Shown one piece after another: positions 26,322 through 42,895 of a DNA stretch of 51,783 bases (its first letter is position 1; each line of letters begins with the position of its first letter). The notes beneath the pieces were generated by a model, which was not told the origin of the DNA, searched no databases, and worked only from the letters and a program-made list of their open reading frames with translations. The position numbers were made by a program, and so were the translations under genes. This DNA is from Nocardioides sp. (GTDB lineage Bacteria; Actinomycetota; Actinomycetes; Propionibacteriales; Nocardioidaceae), in assembly GCA_025965275.1 (NCBI GenBank), contig JAOPXG010000405.1, forward strand, positions 1-51,783, read 5' to 3'.

Positions 26322-26900
26322 ATGAATGGCAACGTGAGCACCGAGAAGGAACTGCAGGCACTCGTGGTCTACGAGTCGATGTTCGGCTGCACCGAGCTGG
26401 TGGCCCGCTCCGTGGCGGAAGGGCTCCGCACCGAGGGCGTCGCGGTGACGCTCACCGATGTGCGCGACGCCGCGCCCGCGGACGAGTCGGAGTTCGACCT
26501 GCTCGTCGTCGGCGCACCGACCCATGCGTTCTCGCTGAGTCGCCCGTCCACCCGGGCCGACGCGGTGCGGCAGGGCGCACAGCCCGGAGCCGCCACCACC
26601 GGGCTGCGCGAGTGGCTCGACGCGATGGGCGTGGCGTCCGGCGCTCCGGACCGCCTGGCCGCGGTCTTCGACACCCGGGTCACGAAGGTGCGGCGGCTGC
26701 CCAAGGCGGCGGCAACCCGCGCGGCGCACGTGCTCACCCGCCACGGCTACGACCTGGTCTCGCGCCCGACCCCGTTCCTGGTGGAGGATCTCAAGGGACC
26801 GCTCATGAACGGCGAGCTCCACCACGCCGTCACGTGGGGCCGGGTCGTCGCGCTCGCCGCGCGGCAGCGCCTCCACCCCACTCCTGCTCCGGTCCGCTGA
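26322..26900 (+). CDS. Flavodoxin-domain protein
   Basis: ALVVYESMFGCT, DLLVVGAPTHAFS, GLREWL, AVFDTR. Confidence 0.88.
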   Translation: MNGNVSTEKELQALVVYESMFGCTELVARSVAEGLRTEGVAVTLTDVRDAAPADESEFDLLVVGAPTHAFSLSRPSTRADAVRQGAQPGAATTGLREWLDAMGVASGAPDRLAAVFDTRVTKVRRLPKAAATRAAHVLTRHGYDLVSRPTPFLVEDLKGPLMNGELHHAVTWGRVVALAARQRLHPTPAPVR

Positions 26901-26938
26901 GGGGGTGCGGCATGGACGAGCTGCTCTTCATCTGACCG

Positions 26939-29942
<3,004 letters not shown>

Positions 29943-29999
29943 GACCCCAATCTAGGGCGCCGATGTCGGTCCGTCGGGCTCCGATGGACCCGCCTTCGG

Positions 30000-30072
30000 G
30001 GGACCTTGGTCCCTCGTCCGTGACCGTCCACCGGCCGGGACCCGATGGGGACCATCACGGGACCTCTGGCCC
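30000..30072. promoter_or_regulatory. Two DosR-like boxes between dosR-like and acg-like genes
   Basis: GGGACCTTGGTCCC (30000-30013) and GGGACCTCTGGCCC (30059-30072). Confidence 0.78.
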
Positions 30073-30127
30073 TACGGCGCCACCGCTCCGGCGCCGCAGC
30101 GTTGACGCATCCCGAGGAGGTGGCGCC

Positions 30128-31093
30128 ATGAGCACGAGGCCCGGGCCGGCGACCCTGCGCCGGATCGTCGAGCTCGCCTGTCGCGCCCCGAGCATCCACA
30201 ACACCCAGCCGTGGCTCTGGCGGGTGACGGGCAGCCGGCTCGACCTGTACGCCGACCCCGCCCGCCAGCTGGTCGTCGCCGACCGCGACGGCCGCAACCT
30301 GACGATCAGCTGCGGCGCCGCCCTGCACCACGCCCAGGTCGCCGCGAGCGCCCTCGGCCTGCAGGCCTACGTGCGCCGGATGCCGGTGGCCGGCAACCCG
30401 AGACACCTGGCCTCGCTCGAGCTGACGCCGCGCCGCCGCCCGCCGCACGCCGAGGCCGACCTCCGGGCCCTGGATCGGCGCAGCACCGACCGCCGCCGGT
30501 TCACGGCGTGGCCGATGTCCGACGAACGGCTCGTCGTCCTGGCCGGCTCCGTGTCCACCTGGGCCGTCCACGTCACGCCGATCACGGACCTCGCCACGCG
30601 CGTGCGCCTCGAGCTCCTGGTCAGCCGGGCGATGGCCCACCAGGACGCGGACCCGCAACTCACCGCGGAGCAGCAGCGCTGGATCGACCACAGCCCGGTC
30701 GACGGCATCCCGTCGGCCTCGGTCCACTCGGGCTGCTGCCGCCGCCTCCGACCGTCCCGTTTCGACCACCCGGACCCGGCCGAGCCGGAGGTGCCCGTGC
30801 AGAGCACCGACGGAGTGCTGCTGCTCAGCACCGACGCGGACGACCCGGCGGCCTGGCTGCGCACGGGCGAGGCTCTCAGCGCACTGTGGCTGCGCGCGAC
30901 CACCGAGGCGCTGTCGGTCGTCCCCCTGAGCCAGGTGGTCGAGGTCGCCGAGACGCGGTCCGTGCTGCACCATGACCTCCTCGGGGGCCGGGTGGTCCCC
31001 CAGACCCTGCTCCGGATCGGCTGGCAGGAGATCGGCCGCAGCGACCTCCCGCGCACGCCCCGCCGCCCGGTCGACGAGGTCATCCTGCGCTGA
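30128..31093 (+). CDS. Acg-family FMN-binding nitroreductase-like protein
   Basis: ACRAPSIHNTQPW, ISCGAALHH, RRSTDRRRF, WLRTGEALSALWL, PQTLLRIGW, TPRRPVDEV. Confidence 0.92.
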   Translation: MSTRPGPATLRRIVELACRAPSIHNTQPWLWRVTGSRLDLYADPARQLVVADRDGRNLTISCGAALHHAQVAASALGLQAYVRRMPVAGNPRHLASLELTPRRRPPHAEADLRALDRRSTDRRRFTAWPMSDERLVVLAGSVSTWAVHVTPITDLATRVRLELLVSRAMAHQDADPQLTAEQQRWIDHSPVDGIPSASVHSGCCRRLRPSRFDHPDPAEPEVPVQSTDGVLLLSTDADDPAAWLRTGEALSALWLRATTEALSVVPLSQVVEVAETRSVLHHDLLGGRVVPQTLLRIGWQEIGRSDLPRTPRRPVDEVILR

Positions 31094-31108
31094 CGGACAG
31101 GCCCTGGT

Positions 31109-31122
31109 GGGCACTAGGTCCC
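31109..31122. promoter_or_regulatory. DosR-like box upstream of usp-usp-ackA
   Basis: GGGCACTAGGTCCC (reverse complement GGGACCTAGTGCCC). Confidence 0.55.
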
Positions 31123-31180
31123 GCCCGCCGCAGGCCGTCCGTCGGTACCGCAACGCGAGGCCGGTGCCGACAGTGGACTC

Positions 31181-32068
31181 ATGGAGACCACACCCCTTCC
31201 GACCGGCGGCATCGTCGTCGGCGTCGACGGCTCCGAGTCCGCCGACCGCGCTCTGGCCTGGGCCGCTCAGGAGGCCGCCCTCGACCACCGACCCCTCGTC
31301 CTCGTGCACGCCGTCGGCACCCTGGGGACGCCCGGCACCGTCTGGCTCACGGAGGCGGACGAGCTCGTCCAGGAGATGCGCGAGCACGGCGCGAAGCTCC
31401 TCGCCGACGCGGCGCAGGACGTCACCCGGCGGCACCCCTCCGTGGAGATGCACACCTGCGTCGTGACCCAGGACGCGCGCCAGGCCCTGCTCCACCTCGC
31501 CGACGACGCCCAGATGATCGTCGTCGGGTCCCGGGGACGGGGTCCGATCCGCAGCCTGGTGCTCGGGTCGGTCAGTGCCGCGGTCGCCCGACACGCGGGC
31601 TGCCCGGTCGTCGTCGTCCGTCCCCACCACCCGGGCACGGTGCGTCGCGGCGTCCTCGTCGGGGCCGACGGGACCGCCGGCTCGATCCCGACGCTCGACT
31701 TCGCCTACCGCCAGGCATCGATCCGCGGCCTGCCGCTGACGGTCATGCACTGCGTGTGGGACGTGGTCGCCGCGTCGACCACCGCCCAGGTGGTCCCACC
31801 CGGGGAGCCCAGCACCGAAGAGGCGCGCCTCCTGCTCGCGGAGTCGGTGGCGGGGATGACCGAGAAGTACCCCGACGTGTACGTGACCGTCGAGGTCGGC
31901 CGGGGGCTGCCCGAGCGGTGCCTGGGAGCGGTGTCCGAGCAGATGGACCTCCTCGTCGTCGGTCGCCGGCACTCCGGGGCCCTCCCCAGTGCGTTCTTCG
32001 GCGACGTCGCCCACCATCTCGTCGAGCACGCCCGCACCGTGGTCGCCCTCGTCCCCGAGACCCGGTGA
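31181..32068 (+). CDS. Tandem-domain universal stress protein
   Basis: IVVGVDGS, VVGSRGRG--LGSVS, CPVVVVR, VLVGADG. Confidence 0.94.
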   Translation: METTPLPTGGIVVGVDGSESADRALAWAAQEAALDHRPLVLVHAVGTLGTPGTVWLTEADELVQEMREHGAKLLADAAQDVTRRHPSVEMHTCVVTQDARQALLHLADDAQMIVVGSRGRGPIRSLVLGSVSAAVARHAGCPVVVVRPHHPGTVRRGVLVGADGTAGSIPTLDFAYRQASIRGLPLTVMHCVWDVVAASTTAQVVPPGEPSTEEARLLLAESVAGMTEKYPDVYVTVEVGRGLPERCLGAVSEQMDLLVVGRRHSGALPSAFFGDVAHHLVEHARTVVALVPETR

Positions 32069-32080
32069 CCTGGTGACCTC

Positions 32081-33034
32081 GTGACCGACGAACCCACCTC
32101 GCCCACCCTCGCTGGAGTCGACATCAACAGGTCCGAGCCCGTCACCCGGTCCATCGTCGTGGGCGTCGACGGGTCCGCCTCGTCCGACGCGGCTCTCGAC
32201 TGGGCGGCGAGCCAGGCCGCGGCCGAGGACCTTCCCCTGGTCCTGCTGACCGCCGTCTCGACGCCTGCCCCCAGGTCCGCGGCGTGGCTGGCGGCTCACG
32301 GCATCGACGAGCGCAGGCTGCGCGTCCAGCTCAAGGAGGAGGCTCGCGCGCTCCTGCGTCGGTGTGACCGGCGGGTGCACGAGGCCCACCCCGACCTCGT
32401 CGTCGAGCACGACGTCCGCTGCGAGGACGCACGCGACGCCCTGCTCGACGCCGACGCCGGGCTGCTGGTCGTCGGGACCCGGGGTCTCGGCCCCGTGTCC
32501 CGGTTGCTCCTCGGCTCCGTGGCCAGCACCGTCGTCAAGCACGGCACCTGCCCGACCCTCGTCGTGCGGTCGGCCCACCCGTCCGGGACCGGCGGCGGGC
32601 TGGTCGTCGGCGTCGCCGGCGACGCCGGGGACACCGCCGCGGTCGAGCTGGCGTTCCGCATCGCGTCCGCCCGTGGCCTCACGCTCACCGCGTTCCACTG
32701 CTTCTGGGACGTCGTCGGCGTCGACGAGGAGCGCGACATCGCTCGCGACGAGCCCGGGTACGACGACCAGTGGGAGCTGGTGGCCGGCGCGGTGGCCTCG
32801 GCGGCAGCTCGGCACCCCGACGTGGAGGTACGCCACCGGCTGTCGCGGGGTTTCGCCGACGAGCGCCTGCTCCGGGCGTCGCGGGGCGCCGACCTGCTGG
32901 TCGTGGGGCACCGCCGCAAGCCGTTCCTCGGCGAGCTGGTCTACGGCTCGGTGGCTCCGCACCTGGTCGAGCACGCGCACTGCTCGGTCGCCGTCGTGCC
33001 CTACCGGGAGCAGGTCTCGCCGGCCGAGGACTGA
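32081..33034 (+). CDS. Tandem-domain universal stress protein
   Basis: IVVGVDGS, VVGTRGLG--LLGSVA, CPTLVVR, YGSVA--HAHCSVAVVP. Confidence 0.94.
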   Translation: MTDEPTSPTLAGVDINRSEPVTRSIVVGVDGSASSDAALDWAASQAAAEDLPLVLLTAVSTPAPRSAAWLAAHGIDERRLRVQLKEEARALLRRCDRRVHEAHPDLVVEHDVRCEDARDALLDADAGLLVVGTRGLGPVSRLLLGSVASTVVKHGTCPTLVVRSAHPSGTGGGLVVGVAGDAGDTAAVELAFRIASARGLTLTAFHCFWDVVGVDEERDIARDEPGYDDQWELVAGAVASAAARHPDVEVRHRLSRGFADERLLRASRGADLLVVGHRRKPFLGELVYGSVAPHLVEHAHCSVAVVPYREQVSPAED

Positions 33035-33070
33035 GTCCCCGTTACGGTGACCGGGACCGAAGGGGGCCGC

Positions 33071-34198
33071 ATGGCTGGGCGAGACGTCCTCGTGCTCAAC
33101 GCCGGCTCGTCGTCGTTGAAGTACCAGGTGGTCGATCCCGCGTCGGGCGACGTCCTCGCGAGGGGCCAGGCCGACCGGATCGAGACGACGGGGTTCGAGC
33201 GGGCGCTCGCCGAGATGACCGACCACCTGGGCTCCGCCGGCGTCCGGCCGTCGGACCTCCGTGCCGTCGGGCACCGCGTCGTCCACGGCGGTGCCCGGTT
33301 CGTGCAGCCCACCGTCATCGACGACGAGGTCCTCTCCGGGATCGACGAGCTCGCCCGGCTCGCCCCGCTCCACAACCCGCCGGCCGCGGCCGGCATCCGC
33401 CAGGCCCGGCGCGCGTATCCCGACCTGCCCCAGGTGGCCGTGTTCGACACGGCCTGGTTCGCCGACCTGCCGGCGGCGGCTGCGACGTACGCACTGGACT
33501 CCGCGACGGCGGCTCGGGAGGAGATCCGCCGCTACGGCATGCACGGCACCAGCCACCGGTTCGTGGCCCACGAGGCCGCCCGCCACCTCGGTCGCGACGT
33601 CGGGTCGCTGGGCCAGATCGTGCTGCACCTCGGGAACGGCGCCTCGGCGGCGGCGATCCGGCACGGGCGCCCGGTGGACACGTCGATGGGGTTCACCCCG
33701 CTCGAGGGGCTGGTGATGGGCACCCGGGCGGGCGACCTCGACGCCGGCATCCTGCTGCACCTGCTGCGCCACGGCGACCTCGACGTCGACGGACTGGAGG
33801 ACCTGCTCCATCACCGCTCCGGCCTGCAGGGCCTCGCCGGGCTGCACGACTTCCGCGACCTCGAGGAAGCCGTGGGCGCCGGTGACGAGCGTGCCCGCCT
33901 CGCCTACGCGGTCTACTGCCACCGGCTCCGGAAGTACGTCGGGGGGTACCTCGCCGTGCTGGACGGCGCCGACGTCCTCACGTTCACCGGCGGTGTCGGC
34001 GAGCACTCCGCGCTCGTGCGGGCGGACAGCCTGCGCGGCCTGGACCGGCTCGGCATCGAGGTCGACGCCGGGCGCAACGCGGCCCCGGCCACCGGACCGC
34101 GCCGGATCAGCACGGACGCGTCGCGGGTGGCCGTGCTCGTCGTCCCGACGAACGAGGAGCTCGCGATCGCCCGCGACGTCGCCGCGCTACTCGACTGA
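33071..34198 (+). CDS. ackA: Acetate kinase
   Basis: [73 protein letters not shown]. Confidence 0.96.
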   Translation: MAGRDVLVLNAGSSSLKYQVVDPASGDVLARGQADRIETTGFERALAEMTDHLGSAGVRPSDLRAVGHRVVHGGARFVQPTVIDDEVLSGIDELARLAPLHNPPAAAGIRQARRAYPDLPQVAVFDTAWFADLPAAAATYALDSATAAREEIRRYGMHGTSHRFVAHEAARHLGRDVGSLGQIVLHLGNGASAAAIRHGRPVDTSMGFTPLEGLVMGTRAGDLDAGILLHLLRHGDLDVDGLEDLLHHRSGLQGLAGLHDFRDLEEAVGAGDERARLAYAVYCHRLRKYVGGYLAVLDGADVLTFTGGVGEHSALVRADSLRGLDRLGIEVDAGRNAAPATGPRRISTDASRVAVLVVPTNEELAIARDVAALLD

Positions 34199-36568
34199 GG
34201 TCGGCAGCCAGGACCACTCGCGCACCTCGGGAAGGTCCTCGCCGTGCTCCCGGGTCCAGGCCCGGGCGCGGTGGCGGGTGTCGACCATCTGCTGGCGCAG
34301 GCCGGCGGCGCGGGTGCCCAGGCCGGGCACGCGGTCGATCACGTCCATGACCAAGTGGTAGCGGTCGAGGTCGTTCATCATCACCATGTCGAACGGCGTG
34401 GTGGTGGTGCCCTCCTCCTTGTAGCCGCGCACGTGGATGTTGTGGTGGTTGGTGCGGCGGTAGGTCAGCCGGTGGATCAGCGACGGGTAGCCGTGGTAGG
34501 CGAAGATGACCGGCCGGTCCGTGGTGAATACGTTGTCGAACTCGCGGCTCGACAGACCGTGCGGGTGCTCGGTCTCGTCCTGGAGCCGCATCAGGTCGAC
34601 GACGTTGACGAACCGCACGTCGAGGTCGGGCAGGTGCTCCCGCAGGATCGACACGGCCGCGAGCGCCTCCAGGGTCGGGACGTCACCCGCGCACGCCAGC
34701 ACGACGTCGGGCTCACCGTCCTCGGACGACGCCCACTCCCAGATGCCCAGCCCGCGTGCGCAGTGCTGGTCGGCGGCCTCGGCGTCGAGCCAGTCGAACG
34801 ACGGCTGCTTGCCCGCCACCACGACGTTCACGTAGTGCTCGCTCTCCAGGCAGTGCCGCATCGTCGACAGCAGGGTGTTGGTGTCCGGCGGCAGGTACAC
34901 GCGGACGACCTCGGCCTTCTTGTTGACCACGTGGTCGATGAAGCCGGGGTCCTGGTGGGAGAAGCCGTTGTGGTCCTGGCGCCAGACATGTGAGGTCAGC
35001 AGGTAGTTGAGCGACGCGATCGGCGGCCGCCACTCGAGCGTCCGCGTGGTCTTCAGCCACTTGACGTGCTGGTTGAGCATGGAGTCGACGAGGTGGATGA
35101 ACGCCTCGTAGCAGCTGAAGAGCCCGTGCCGGCCGGTCAGGAGGTAGCCCTCGAGCCAGCCCTGGCAGGTGTGCTCGGAGAGCATCTCGACCACGCGGCC
35201 ACGGTGGGCCAGGTGCTCGTCGACCGGCCAGATCTCACCGGCGAAGACCTTGTCGGTCTCGGCGTACACACCGTCCAGGCGGTTGGAGGCGGTCTCGTCG
35301 GGCCCGAAGAGGCGGAAGTTGTCGCGGTTGAGGCGGACCACGTCGGACAGGTAGTCGCCGAAGACCCGGGTGGCCTCGTGGACCGACGCACCGGGCTCGG
35401 TGACCTCGACGGCCCGGGTGCGGAAGTCGGGCAGGTCGAGCGGCCGCCGCAGCAGTCCCCCGTTCGCGTGCGGGTTGGCGCTCATCCGCCTGGTGCCCTC
35501 GGGCGCCAGGGCGTGGAGCTCCGCCACGAGACGACCGGAGTCGTCGAAGAGCTCCTCGGGCCGGTAGGACCGCATCCACACCTCCAGCTGGGCCCGGTGG
35601 TCGGCGTTGTCGCGCGGGCCGGAGAGCGGCACCTGGTGGGACCGCCAGGTCCCCTCGATCTGGACGCCGTCCACGGTGCGCGGACCCGTCCAGCCCTTGG
35701 GGGTGACCAGCAGGATCATCGGCCAGGGGCGCCGTACCAGGTCGCCGTCCTCGCGGGCAGCGCGCTGGATCTCCCGGATCCGGTCGTGCGCCAGGTCGAG
35801 TGCCGCGGCCATCTGGCGGTGCACGTCGAGCGGGTCGTCGCCCTCGACGGTGATCACCTCGTGGCCGTAGCCGCGCATCAGGCTCTCGAGCTCCGCGCGC
35901 GGGATCCGCGCCGGCACGCTCGGGTTGGCGATCTTGTAGCCGTTGAGGTGCAGGATCGGCAGCACGGCGCCGTCGTGGACCGGGTCGACGAACTTGTTCG
36001 CGTGCCAGGACGTCGCCAGCGGGCCGGTCTCGAACTCACCGTCGCCGACGACGGCGGCCACGACCAGGTCGGGGTTGTCCATCGCCGCGCCGTACGCGTG
36101 GGACAGGACGTAGCCGAGCTCGCCGCCCTCGTGGATCGAGCCGGGCGTCTCCGGCGCCACGTGGCTCGGGATGCCGCCCGGGAAGGAGAACTGGCGGAAG
36201 AGCCGGCGCATGCCCTCCTCGTCCGGACCGACGGACGGATAGACCTCGCCGTAGGTGCCCTCGAGCCAGGCGTTCGCGACGGCCGCCGGGCCGCCGTGGC
36301 CGGGCCCGGCGAGGAAGATCGCGTTCACGTCGCGCTCGCGGATCAGCCGGTTGAGGTGGGTCCAGACGAGGTTGAGGCCGGGGGTGGTCCCCCAGTGGCC
36401 GAGGAGGCGTGGCTTGATGTCGTCCGCGACCAGCGGGCGCCTCAGCAGCGGGTTGGCGAGCAGGTAGATCTGGCCGACGGCGACGTAGTTGGCCGCCCGC
36501 CACCAGGCGTCGAGCAGCCGAAGCTCGTCCTCGGAGACGGTCGTGGGCGCGGCGGTCGACGTGGTCAT
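34187..36568 (-). CDS. xfp: Xylulose-5-P/fructose-6-P phosphoketolase
   Basis: [89 protein letters not shown]. Confidence 0.96.
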   Translation of the reverse strand: MTTSTAAPTTVSEDELRLLDAWWRAANYVAVGQIYLLANPLLRRPLVADDIKPRLLGHWGTTPGLNLVWTHLNRLIRERDVNAIFLAGPGHGGPAAVANAWLEGTYGEVYPSVGPDEEGMRRLFRQFSFPGGIPSHVAPETPGSIHEGGELGYVLSHAYGAAMDNPDLVVAAVVGDGEFETGPLATSWHANKFVDPVHDGAVLPILHLNGYKIANPSVPARIPRAELESLMRGYGHEVITVEGDDPLDVHRQMAAALDLAHDRIREIQRAAREDGDLVRRPWPMILLVTPKGWTGPRTVDGVQIEGTWRSHQVPLSGPRDNADHRAQLEVWMRSYRPEELFDDSGRLVAELHALAPEGTRRMSANPHANGGLLRRPLDLPDFRTRAVEVTEPGASVHEATRVFGDYLSDVVRLNRDNFRLFGPDETASNRLDGVYAETDKVFAGEIWPVDEHLAHRGRVVEMLSEHTCQGWLEGYLLTGRHGLFSCYEAFIHLVDSMLNQHVKWLKTTRTLEWRPPIASLNYLLTSHVWRQDHNGFSHQDPGFIDHVVNKKAEVVRVYLPPDTNTLLSTMRHCLESEHYVNVVVAGKQPSFDWLDAEAADQHCARGLGIWEWASSEDGEPDVVLACAGDVPTLEALAAVSILREHLPDLDVRFVNVVDLMRLQDETEHPHGLSSREFDNVFTTDRPVIFAYHGYPSLIHRLTYRRTNHHNIHVRGYKEEGTTTTPFDMVMMNDLDRYHLVMDVIDRVPGLGTRAAGLRQQMVDTRHRARAWTREHGEDLPEVREWSWLPTSVE

Positions 36569-36581
36569 GCGGTGCCCCGCC

Positions 36582-37478
36582 TCATGCGAGCTGGGCCGGG
36601 TGCCGGTCCGGGCGGCGGACGTGGTGCGCGTGCCGGGGTGCGGCCAGCAGCACCGGGCAGGCGGCTTCGCGCAGGACCGACCGGGCGACCGGCCCCAGCT
36701 GCGAACCCCGCGGCAGCAGCGGGTCGTGCCGGCCGAGCACCAGCAGGGCGGCGGGGTACGACGCCTCGATGAGCGCCTCGCCGGGCCGGGCGTTGCGGAC
36801 GTGCACCTCGACGGGCACGTCGTCGTAGGCGACCAGCAGCGAGGCCAGCGCGCGGTCGATGCCGGCTTGGCAGGTCTCGGGCCAGGTGGGGTCGTCGACA
36901 TGGGTGAGGGCTCGCCGGCCGGCGCCGGGCGGGCGCCACCAGGTGCTCACGACGGTCAGCCTGGCCTGCCGCGCACGAGCGGCGGCGAACGCCTCGAGCA
37001 GCACCTCGGCGCTGTCCGCGGCATCGTCGACACCGACCACCACGTGGGGGGACCCCGTGGTGCCCTCCCAGCCGTCCGGGACCGAGACGACCGGCGCGTG
37101 GACCCGGGCGGCGACGCCGCCGGTCACGGAGCGCACGTAGGGGTGGGTCCGCCGGGACTCCGGGCAGCGCCCGACGACGACGAGCGGTGCGCTCTGCGCG
37201 GCGCACACGACCGCGTCGACGGCCGGCGCCTGCACGAGGGTCGAGGTCACGGGCACCAGGTCGGCGACCAGTGCCGAGACGCTGTCGACGGCCGACTCCA
37301 GGACGGCGGCTCCTTGTCGCTCCAGCTCGCGGACGTCGGCGGCGCGCAGCAGGTCGATGGCGTGCACCAGGTGCAGGCCGCGACCCTGTCGCAGTGCTTC
37401 GACCGCGGCGTACTCGAGGGCGCTGGCCGAACCTCGGCGACCGACTGCGACCACGACGGGCGGGGGCGTGGTTTCCAT
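36582..37478 (-). CDS. Tandem-domain universal stress protein
   Basis: [42 protein letters not shown]. Confidence 0.9.
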   Translation of the reverse strand: METTPPPVVVAVGRRGSASALEYAAVEALRQGRGLHLVHAIDLLRAADVRELERQGAAVLESAVDSVSALVADLVPVTSTLVQAPAVDAVVCAAQSAPLVVVGRCPESRRTHPYVRSVTGGVAARVHAPVVSVPDGWEGTTGSPHVVVGVDDAADSAEVLLEAFAAARARQARLTVVSTWWRPPGAGRRALTHVDDPTWPETCQAGIDRALASLLVAYDDVPVEVHVRNARPGEALIEASYPAALLVLGRHDPLLPRGSQLGPVARSVLREAACPVLLAAPRHAHHVRRPDRHPAQLA

Positions 37479-37530
37479 GACGACTCCGTTCTGTTGTCTC
37501 CACCGTCGGGCACCACGGCCACCCGACCTA

Positions 37531-37583
37531 GGGACCAACGGCCCGGGTCCGGGGGCCACGGGTCCTCGCGGGACCTTCGGCCC
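37531..37583. promoter_or_regulatory. Cluster of DosR-like boxes between usp-xfp and ppdK
   Basis: GGGACCAACGGCCC (37531-37544), a weaker GGGCCACGGGTCCT, and GGGACCTTCGGCCC (37570-37583). Confidence 0.78.
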
Positions 37584-37618
37584 TCCCGTTGGGGGCTCCC
37601 GGGATACACGCTCGACCC

Positions 37619-40315
<2,697 letters not shown>

Positions 40316-40512
40316 CCTGGGTCCCTGCCCGGCCACGCCCGGGACCGGTGGGCTGACGTCGTGCTCGAGACCAGGACCCGCGCCGACGCTCCGCCCGGAT
40401 CGGGCTCGATCGGGCTCGCACGGGAGCTCACGCTCGGAGACACTTCAAAGTCGATCGTTCTGCACGACTCAACGCCCGGGGCAGACACGGGTTACGCCGT
40501 AGCGTGGTCGCT

Positions 40513-42060
40513 GTGAGGACCTACACGCGCCGGGGGTTGCTGGTCGGCGGCGCCCTGGGCGCGGTGTCGGCCTGCACCTCGGAGGACCCGACGTCCCTGG
40601 AGCCGCGGCCGACGTCCAGCGGTTCGGCCAGGGGTTCGACCAGCGGTTCGACCGGGCCGAGCCGGACCGGATGGGCCCAGCTCCGACGCTCGGTCTCGGG
40701 CAGCCTGGCGCGGCCCGCGGACCCGACGTACGACCGGGTCCGCCTGCTGGAGAACCCGAGGTACGACGGGCAGCGCCCGCTCGCCGTCCTGACGGTCGCG
40801 TCGGCGGCGGACATCGCGACCGGCCTCTCGTTCGCCCAGGAGCACGACCTCCCGATCGCGATCCGGTCCGGCGGGCACAGCTACCCGGGCTGGTCGGGAG
40901 GAGGCTCGCCGCGCGCGCTCGTGATCGACTGCCGGTCCCTCGCCCGGGTGCGGCTGGAGGGCAGCACGGCCACCATCGGAGCCGGTGCCGCGCTCGCCCG
41001 GGTCTACGACGCGATCGGGAGCCGGGGCCGGGCGATCGCCGGCGGCTCCTGCGCGACCGTGGGCATCGGCGGGCTCACCCTCGGCGGCGGGGTCGGGGTG
41101 CTCACCCGGGCGATGGGCCTGACCTGCGACGCGGTGACGTCGATGCGGGTCGTGACCGCCGACGGCCGGGTCCGCACCGCCAGCGCCGACGAGGAGCCCG
41201 ATCTCTACTGGGCCCTGCGCGGAGGCGGGGGTGGCCACCTGGGCGTGGTCACGTCGTTCGACCTCGCGACCACGGCAGCCCCCACCCTGCACACCGTCTA
41301 CCTGCAGTGGCCGATCTCCGCGGCTCCGCGGGTCATCGACGCCTGGCAGCAGTGGGCCCCCGGCGCCGACGAGCGGCTCTGGTCGACGCTCAAGGCCCTC
41401 GGCGGCCGGCGCCACCCGGACGGCCCGATCCTGCTCCTGTCGGGCACCTGGACCGGCCCGGCCGCCTCCCTCGACGCGCAGCTCGCGGGGCTCCTCGACC
41501 ACGTGCCCCCGCCGGCCGTCCGCTCCGACCACACCCGGGGCTACCTCGACGCGATGCTGTCCTACGCCGGGTGCGCGTCGATCCCGGTCGACCGGTGCAC
41601 CACCGGACCCGGGGGGTCGCTGACCCGCGAGGCGTTCGGCGCCACGTCGCACGTCATGTACGACGAGCTCGACTCGTCCGGCGTCGGCGACCTGCTCGAC
41701 CGGGTCGACGCGGCCCAGTCGTCGGGGCTGCTCGAGGCGGGCATCTCGATGGACGCGCTCGGCGGCCGGGTGCGCGACCTCGCGCCGGGCGACACCGCGT
41801 TCGTGCACCGGGACGCGCTCGCCACCGTGCAGTACACCGCGACCTTCCCGCCGGGCACGCCCGGCGCTGCCGACCGCTACGTCCGCGGGTTCCGCGCCGC
41901 GATGCTGCCCCACTGGGGCAACCACGCCTACGTCAACTACGCGGACCCGACGATTCGCGACTACCGCACGGCCTACTTCGGGGCCAACGCCGACCGGCTC
42001 GCGCAGGTCCGGTCGACGTACGACCCGGACCACGTCTTCAGCCAGCCCCAGGACTTCTGA
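40513..42060 (+). CDS. Exported FAD-linked oxidase, berberine-bridge-enzyme-like; probable Tat lipoprotein
   Basis: TRRGLL twin-Arg, AVSAC lipobox, IRSGGHSY, GSCATVGIGG, WALRGGGGG, AYVNY, YFG-N--RL--V---YDP. Confidence 0.9.
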   Translation: MRTYTRRGLLVGGALGAVSACTSEDPTSLEPRPTSSGSARGSTSGSTGPSRTGWAQLRRSVSGSLARPADPTYDRVRLLENPRYDGQRPLAVLTVASAADIATGLSFAQEHDLPIAIRSGGHSYPGWSGGGSPRALVIDCRSLARVRLEGSTATIGAGAALARVYDAIGSRGRAIAGGSCATVGIGGLTLGGGVGVLTRAMGLTCDAVTSMRVVTADGRVRTASADEEPDLYWALRGGGGGHLGVVTSFDLATTAAPTLHTVYLQWPISAAPRVIDAWQQWAPGADERLWSTLKALGGRRHPDGPILLLSGTWTGPAASLDAQLAGLLDHVPPPAVRSDHTRGYLDAMLSYAGCASIPVDRCTTGPGGSLTREAFGATSHVMYDELDSSGVGDLLDRVDAAQSSGLLEAGISMDALGGRVRDLAPGDTAFVHRDALATVQYTATFPPGTPGAADRYVRGFRAAMLPHWGNHAYVNYADPTIRDYRTAYFGANADRLAQVRSTYDPDHVFSQPQDF

Positions 42061-42073
42061 CCTCCCGCGCTGC

Positions 42074-42871
42074 TCAGGCCGAGGTCACCAGCAGCACCAC
42101 GTCGACGAGGGCGATGCCGATCGCGGCCACGAACGGCGCCCGACCCCGACCGGCCAGAGCGACGGCGGCCAGGACCGCGACGACGCCCAGGGCCGTCAGC
42201 GACCCGACACTCGCGAGACCGGTCCCGACCGCGACCACCACGGAGCCGGTCACGAGGACGGTCGTCGCCACCGCCGGCAGCCGGCGCGCGCCGATCCGGT
42301 GCGGGAGGCCACGGACTCCGGTGGCCTCGTCGTCGGCGAGGTCCGGGAGGACGTTGACGAGGTGGGCACCGACCCCGAGCAGCCCGGCCGCGACGACCAC
42401 CCACCAGGGCGGCAGCTCGGCCGGCTCCCCGGCGAGTCCGACGAACACCACGAGGGCGCCGAAGGAGAAGGCGTACGGGAGCCAGGACCAGACCGTCGAC
42501 TTGAGCCGGATGTTGTAGACCCAGGCGGAGGCGACGGCCAGGAGGTGGACGATGCCCGCGGCCCAGCCGCAGGCCAGCGAGAGCGGCACGACCGCGAGCA
42601 CCGCCAGCGCGCAGGCGACCCGGACCGTCCGGGTGCCGACCGCCCCGGTGGCGAGGGGCTTGTCGAGACGGTGGACCGCTCGGTCGCGGCCCTGGTCGAC
42701 GAGGTCGTTGGACCAGCCGACGGACAGCTGGCCGGCGAGGACGGCGAGCCCGACGAGCACCACGCGCCCCGGGGACAGGTCGTCCGCCACCGCCAGGAGC
42801 AGGGCGAGCACGACGACCGCCACCGCCGGACCGACGTGGGCCGTGCGCACCAGCGCCGACATCGGGCCCAT
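42074..42871 (-). CDS. UbiA-family prenyltransferase
   Basis: NDLVDQGRD, KPLATG, VYNIRLK, NVLPDLADDEATG; multiple TMs. Confidence 0.88.
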   Translation of the reverse strand: MGPMSALVRTAHVGPAVAVVVLALLLAVADDLSPGRVVLVGLAVLAGQLSVGWSNDLVDQGRDRAVHRLDKPLATGAVGTRTVRVACALAVLAVVPLSLACGWAAGIVHLLAVASAWVYNIRLKSTVWSWLPYAFSFGALVVFVGLAGEPAELPPWWVVVAAGLLGVGAHLVNVLPDLADDEATGVRGLPHRIGARRLPAVATTVLVTGSVVVAVGTGLASVGSLTALGVVAVLAAVALAGRGRAPFVAAIGIALVDVVLLVTSA

Positions 42872-42887
42872 GGACCGAGTATGCCGA
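42872..42887 (-). repeat. 16-bp direct repeat, copy 1, containing a leaderless -10 element (CATACT)
   Basis: GGACCGAGTATGCCGA, identical to 45680-45695; abuts the ubiA-family ATG. Confidence 0.75.
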
Positions 42888-42895
42888 CCGACCCG

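Noticed and set aside
26912-26935. Mini-ORF MDELLFI after the flavodoxin gene
   Set aside because: Seven codons with a G-rich upstream stretch; no supporting evidence
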